Shown here in pieces: positions 12,762-16,881 of a stretch of 16,881 bases of DNA (its first letter is position 1; every line of letters begins with the position of its first letter). The DNA is taken from the NCBI GenBank assembly GCA_963718915.1, contig CAVRAI010000002.1, positions 1 to 16,881 of the forward strand, written 5' to 3'. Origin of the DNA: an uncultured Chloroflexia bacterium. Its GTDB lineage: Bacteria > Chloroflexota > Ktedonobacteria > Ktedonobacterales > JADMIN01. Both the position numbers and the translations under genes were made by a program. A model generated the notes under the pieces. It saw only the letters and a list, made by a program, of their open reading frames with translations, made no database searches and was not told where the DNA came from.

Positions 12762-14327
12762 TCAATCGTAATGCTTCGCCTGCGACCACAGCACCGCTAA
12801 AGGCTCTTTCGGCTGGCGCAAGATGAGAATCGGAGCATTATTCTCGAAGTCCACACACGCGGCGCAGGAGGTTCTGGCGGCCAGCGTCACCGAGCCGTAC
12901 CCCTGCGCGGCATCACGAGGATCAATATTGATCGTGATGAGCACCTGACCGGTACATCCCTCCGATCCCCAGAGATAGAAGGCGTTGTGTCCACTGATCG
13001 CCGGGGGCAGATCATAGCGCCCACCGAACTGCACCAGCGCGCCCGCTTCGCCATAGTTTTCGGTGAAGATGCAGGCGATCCGCTGCTCATTCGGAGGCAG
13101 GCTGTGATACACCTGCGCGATCAACGCGACCTGCTGCTCCCAGCCGAAGCGGTCGGCCAGCGCCTGCGGCAGGCCATAGGCGTCGCCTGACTCCTGCTGC
13201 GCCCCAGAGTTGCCGCTGGGGCCATAGACCCGCGCATAGACGGCGGGAGGCAACACTGGCATCACCGCGGGAGCCAGCAGTACGGCGCTCAGGACCAGCA
13301 CCCCGGCATAGGCCGCGACCCATCGTGGACCCCATGTGCGCCAGCGCACCCGCCCTGTACCAAACAACATCGCCCCACTGGCAAATAGCGGCGGGTAGGC
13401 AGGCGCCAGAAAGTAGGACTTGCCCTGTAGCAGGATAAAAAGGACAAGGAGAATGAGATACGCCCACCCGAAGACCCGATAGCGCGCGCCGCGTTTGGAG
13501 AAGACGTACCAGAGTCCGGCGATCCATAGCGGTAGCGAGAGCGGATTCATGATGAGAATCTGGTTGACCACGTAATCGAGGGGTGACCCCGCAATACCAT
13601 GATTGGCGGAATAGCTCGTCCAATATTGAAGCGACGCCCAGCCATTGACGGCATTCCAGAGCAGGAAGGGCGAGACGAGCGCGAAGGCGATCAGGCCGCC
13701 AAACAGCGTCCAGCGGGTGAAGAGCAGCCGGCGTTGTGGGGTCAGCAGCAAGCCGACGACCAGGGCGAACCCCCAGAAGAGGATGGTCTCCTTCGTCAGG
13801 AGTCCCAGGCCAGCCACCACACCGAACGCGAGCCAGAGGCGGGGACGCTCATCGCGCAACAGGACGATAAGGATGGTGGCGGCCAGCGTCCACCAGAATA
13901 CATCGAAGACATCGTAGGCGTAGATCGAGCCGTTTCCCATGAAGACAAGAGCCGTCGCCGATCCCAGCGCCGCAAGCCCCTGGACCCACCCCGTGCCGCC
14001 AAGAAGCCGGGCCATCAGTCCGGTCAGGAGGATCGTCCCAGCACAGACCAGCGCGGCGATCACATGGATGGACCAGAGGGCATTGCCGGTGAGGAAGCGG
14101 GGGATCAGGGTAATCCAGGGGACCAGTGGCGGCACATCCACATAGCCGAAGGCGGGATGGTGGCTCATTGCCATGAAATAGAGTTCATCGCGGAAATAAC
14201 CGTAGTTGTTCCCGACCAACACATGCGCCAGGAACGAGACACCAGCGATAATCCAGACGGCGGGCGCCAGGTCGGCACGGCGGAAGAGGTTGGTGATGCC
14301 GCCGCGCAATGATGAAGCAGTGGACAT
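12762..14327 (-). CDS. GT-C fold glycosyltransferase (ArnT/PMT-like, GT39/GT83-type), 521 aa
   Basis: The track ORF was trimmed to the ATG at 14327-14325, which follows AAGGAG with an 8-nt spacer on the minus strand (aaggagttgttgccATG). First-loop signature: YFRDELYFMAMSHHPAFGYVDVPPLVPW. About 11 TM helices, followed by a soluble C-terminal domain. Confidence 0.85.
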   Translation of the reverse strand: MSTASSLRGGITNLFRRADLAPAVWIIAGVSFLAHVLVGNNYGYFRDELYFMAMSHHPAFGYVDVPPLVPWITLIPRFLTGNALWSIHVIAALVCAGTILLTGLMARLLGGTGWVQGLAALGSATALVFMGNGSIYAYDVFDVFWWTLAATILIVLLRDERPRLWLAFGVVAGLGLLTKETILFWGFALVVGLLLTPQRRLLFTRWTLFGGLIAFALVSPFLLWNAVNGWASLQYWTSYSANHGIAGSPLDYVVNQILIMNPLSLPLWIAGLWYVFSKRGARYRVFGWAYLILLVLFILLQGKSYFLAPAYPPLFASGAMLFGTGRVRWRTWGPRWVAAYAGVLVLSAVLLAPAVMPVLPPAVYARVYGPSGNSGAQQESGDAYGLPQALADRFGWEQQVALIAQVYHSLPPNEQRIACIFTENYGEAGALVQFGGRYDLPPAISGHNAFYLWGSEGCTGQVLITINIDPRDAAQGYGSVTLAARTSCAACVDFENNAPILILRQPKEPLAVLWSQAKHYD

Positions 14328-14686
14328 GGCAACAACTCCTTGTTCTAGGAAGCGATACGCGGAAAGTGCATTCAGAAACCGCAGCAAGCGACCGTGGACA
14401 TTATTGCATCTCTCTAATGGCAGGATATCACCAGGCGAGCATCTGAGGGGCACGTCCCTGACCGATTATAGTGCGCATGGCTCTTACTCGGTTTCGCTGG
14501 CGGCAAGCTCTCTTGGCATATGCGCGCTAGATAATGTCGGGCTACGCAGCGCGTCGTTCATGCCGTTCTTTCGGCACGACGAAATACTCACCACAAACGA
14601 GACGACGGCACTGGCGCTCCGTAGCATAGACTCCGCAAGAAGGTATAGTATTGAGACCACAGTTGTTGTTGCGAAGGAGAGACACC

Positions 14687-15439
14687 TTGGAGAGTTCGCT
14701 ACCACAAGACCAGGCGACGCAGGAAATCAGCGACGAGCAACTCTATGGCGAGAAGGCGCGCATTGCGAGGCTGAGCCGCATCCGCGAAGTGGTCTTTGGC
14801 ACGCTCGATGGGCTGCTGGTGCCGGTGGGCGTGGTAAGCGCGGTGGCTGGCGGCACGGGCAGCACGAACGCGGTCATCATCGCCGGGCTGGCGGAGGCGT
14901 TCGCGGGGGCGCTCTCGATGGGCGCGGGCGAGTTCATCTCTGGGCGCTCCGAGGCGCAGGTACATAAGACCGAGGTGCAGAAGGAGCTGCGCGAGATTCG
15001 CGAGAATCCGGAGTATGAGCTGGACGAGATGGCGCAACTTTTCCGCCACGAAGGCGTGAGCGGCGAGGACGCCACCACGATGGCCAATCTGCTGGCGAAA
15101 TACCCCGACGCCTATCATAAAACGATGGTCGAGAAAGAGCTTGGGCTACAGGTTGACCCCGACACCGTCCACATCACCGAGGCGCTGACGATGGGCGTCT
15201 CCTATATCATCGGCTCCATTTTTCCCTTGATCGCCTACTTCTTCCTGCCGATACCCGTCGCGTTGCCAGTCTCGCTGGCGCTGACGGTGCTGGCGCTGGT
15301 GATCGTCGGCATTATCAAGGGGCGGCTCGCCAATATCAATCTGGTGCGGAGCGCGCTCGAGGTCGTCGTCGTCGGCACAGCCTCCGCCCTGGGTGGCTAC
15401 CTCCTCGGCAATGTAATACCGCACCTGTTCGGCTTCTGA
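14687..15439 (+). CDS. VIT1/CCC1 family Fe/Mn transporter (250 aa)
   Basis: AAGGAG (14674-14679) is followed by a 7-nt spacer and an in-frame TTG at 14687, preferred over the track start at 14651. VIT1 signatures: REVVFGTLDGLLVPVGVVSAVAG and GALSMGAGEFIS. A central cytoplasmic helical metal-binding region is rich in E (EAQVHKTEVQKELREIRENPEYELDEM). Three C-terminal TM helices. Confidence 0.85.
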   Translation: MESSLPQDQATQEISDEQLYGEKARIARLSRIREVVFGTLDGLLVPVGVVSAVAGGTGSTNAVIIAGLAEAFAGALSMGAGEFISGRSEAQVHKTEVQKELREIRENPEYELDEMAQLFRHEGVSGEDATTMANLLAKYPDAYHKTMVEKELGLQVDPDTVHITEALTMGVSYIIGSIFPLIAYFFLPIPVALPVSLALTVLALVIVGIIKGRLANINLVRSALEVVVVGTASALGGYLLGNVIPHLFGF

Positions 15440-15540
15440 TGCATGCTGATATACCGTAGCGGTTTCGTAACGGGCCGGTGGTATGCTCCGCGCCAGAAGC
15501 CAGATCGAATATCGTCATCGTATCGAGGAGCCAGTCAGAC

Positions 15541-16860
15541 ATGAATCAGCCAGCGATGACCGTCGAGCGCGCCACGGTCCAGCCTTCGACCGACAGCGGA
15601 CAGACACTGCATGGCCCCTGGCTGTTCATCGCCCGCGTCGGTTGGATCGCGCTAACCCTGCTCGTGCTGGCGCTCAATGTCGTCATGCTACCGCAGTTTC
15701 ATGCACTGCTGCAGACGCCGTGTTCTCCCGGCATCCACTGCTTTTATCTGAACCCGACGCCTTTCGATCAGCGTCTATTCCGCCAGTCTGGCCTGACGCT
15801 GGGATTCCTGGCAAATTTTCAGACGGCAGGGAATGCGGCCGTCGTGTTGATCTACTGCGTGATTGCCGCCATCATCTTCTGGCGGCGCTCCAGCGATCGG
15901 ATGGCCCTCTTCTGCGCCTTCACCCTGGTGCTCTTTGGCGGCGCCGCGTTTACATCCACGCTCCAGGATACGCTGGCGGCGCAGTCCACCGTTGGATTCT
16001 GGTTGTTCGGCATCCTCTATGTCCTTGGGCAGACCTGTCTCATCACCTTCTTCCTCCTCTTCCCTAACGGGCGCTTTGTGCCGCGTTGGAGCTGGCTGCT
16101 TGCCCTCGTGGTTGGTGGATACTGGACCTATGATTACTTCAGTCATCTCATCTACAGTGAGTCGTTCGACTGGAGTATTCTCCTCTTCTTCGGTTCGGTC
16201 CTGGCTCCTGTAGCCGCGCAGATCTATCGCTATCGTCGCGTCTCGACCCATCGGGAGCGCCAGCAGACCAAGTGGGTTGTCTTCGGATTTGCCATCTGCA
16301 TGGTGGGCTTTGTGCTCTTCCTGACAGTGGGGAATCTCCTGCTGCCACCAGAGGTGCTGGCTTCGACCGTGATGAGTACGCTTGTCGCGCAGACCGCCCT
16401 CGCAGGATTCCTGCTGCTGATCCCGATCTCGATAGCCATCGCGATTTTGCGCTCGCGTTTGTATGATATCGACGTCATCATCAACCGGACACTGGTCTAC
16501 GGCTCGCTGACCGCCATCCTTGCCCTCATCTATGTCGTAGGAGTCGTCGGCATGCAGGCCATTGTCAACGCCTTCGCCCAGCGGCAAAGCAACGAGCCTT
16601 CGCCCGCCCTTATCGTCGTGACGACACTGCTCATCGCCGCGCTCTTCCAGCCGCTACGCCGCCGTCTCCAGCGTGGGATTGACCACCGCTTCTACCGCCG
16701 CAAGTACAATGTCGAGCAGACACTGGCCAGCTTCAGCGCCACGCTCCGTAGCGAGACTGATCTGCCCCACCTCACCGATAATTTGGTGGGGGTGATTACA
16801 GAGACGATGCAGCCAGCGCACATCTCGCTCTGGCTTCGCCCTACCGCGAATCACTCCTGA
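15541..16860 (+). CDS. Polytopic membrane protein with a C-terminal cytoplasmic segment resembling the membrane-proximal region of sensor kinases, but without any kinase or output domain (439 aa)
   Basis: GAGGAG (15525-15530) is followed by a 10-nt spacer and ATG at 15541. About 10 TM helices. The tail is LYDIDVIINRTLVYGSLT...LFQPLRRRLQRGIDHRFYRRKYNVEQTLASFSATLRSETDLPHLTDNLVGVITETMQPAHISLWLR, and the ORF stops 7 codons later. Confidence 0.7.
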   Translation: MNQPAMTVERATVQPSTDSGQTLHGPWLFIARVGWIALTLLVLALNVVMLPQFHALLQTPCSPGIHCFYLNPTPFDQRLFRQSGLTLGFLANFQTAGNAAVVLIYCVIAAIIFWRRSSDRMALFCAFTLVLFGGAAFTSTLQDTLAAQSTVGFWLFGILYVLGQTCLITFFLLFPNGRFVPRWSWLLALVVGGYWTYDYFSHLIYSESFDWSILLFFGSVLAPVAAQIYRYRRVSTHRERQQTKWVVFGFAICMVGFVLFLTVGNLLLPPEVLASTVMSTLVAQTALAGFLLLIPISIAIAILRSRLYDIDVIINRTLVYGSLTAILALIYVVGVVGMQAIVNAFAQRQSNEPSPALIVVTTLLIAALFQPLRRRLQRGIDHRFYRRKYNVEQTLASFSATLRSETDLPHLTDNLVGVITETMQPAHISLWLRPTANHS

Positions 16861-16881
16861 GCGCGCCTACGACATGAAGGC

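Noticed and set aside
14328-14686. The 360-bp divergent intergenic region upstream of the VIT1 transporter was examined for a metal riboswitch (yybP-ykoY type) and for promoters.
   Set aside because: I could not find the conserved GGGGAGUAG or partner loop motifs. Only a TATAGT (-10-like) with a poor -35 is present. This is not enough to call.

Overview
High-GC bacterial chromosomal window. Spot counts give about 70-75% G+C in most genes and about 48-57% in two of them. Shine-Dalgarno sites (AAGGAG/GGAGG, 5-10 nt spacers) are clear, and they let me correct several ORF-track starts. Gene content and protein style suggest Chloroflexota (Ktedonobacteria-like) or an actinobacterium, but that is inference only.

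I support 12 firm protein genes and 1 tentative one: a GNAT acetyltransferase, an MFS transporter, an exported membrane-anchored Ig-like repeat protein, a glycerophosphodiester phosphodiesterase, a small 4-TM protein, an FNR-fold/2Fe-2S reductase, a tentative TM + poly-Ser ORF, an ApbE flavin transferase, a bis-heme ferric-reductase-domain membrane protein, two convergent GT-C (GT39/ArnT/PMT-like) glycosyltransferases, a VIT1/CCC1 metal transporter, and a polytopic sensor-like membrane protein. I found no rRNA, tRNA, CRISPR array, transposase, integrase or recognisable defence genes.

The most unusual content falls into two groups:
1. A family of small non-coding elements with shared terminal inverted repeats (4567-5016 and 9804-10069). 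Their interiors are inverted pairs of a ~75-nt unit whose two hairpins keep pairing through compensatory substitutions. A related ~95-nt two-hairpin module sits in frame inside the apbE coding sequence.
2. A reductase / poly-Ser ORF / leaderless ApbE / bis-heme membrane protein cluster that reads like a split NOX/FRE-type transmembrane electron-transfer module with no recognisable FMN-acceptor domain.

All family calls rest on motif recognition by eye. No database search or folding was possible.
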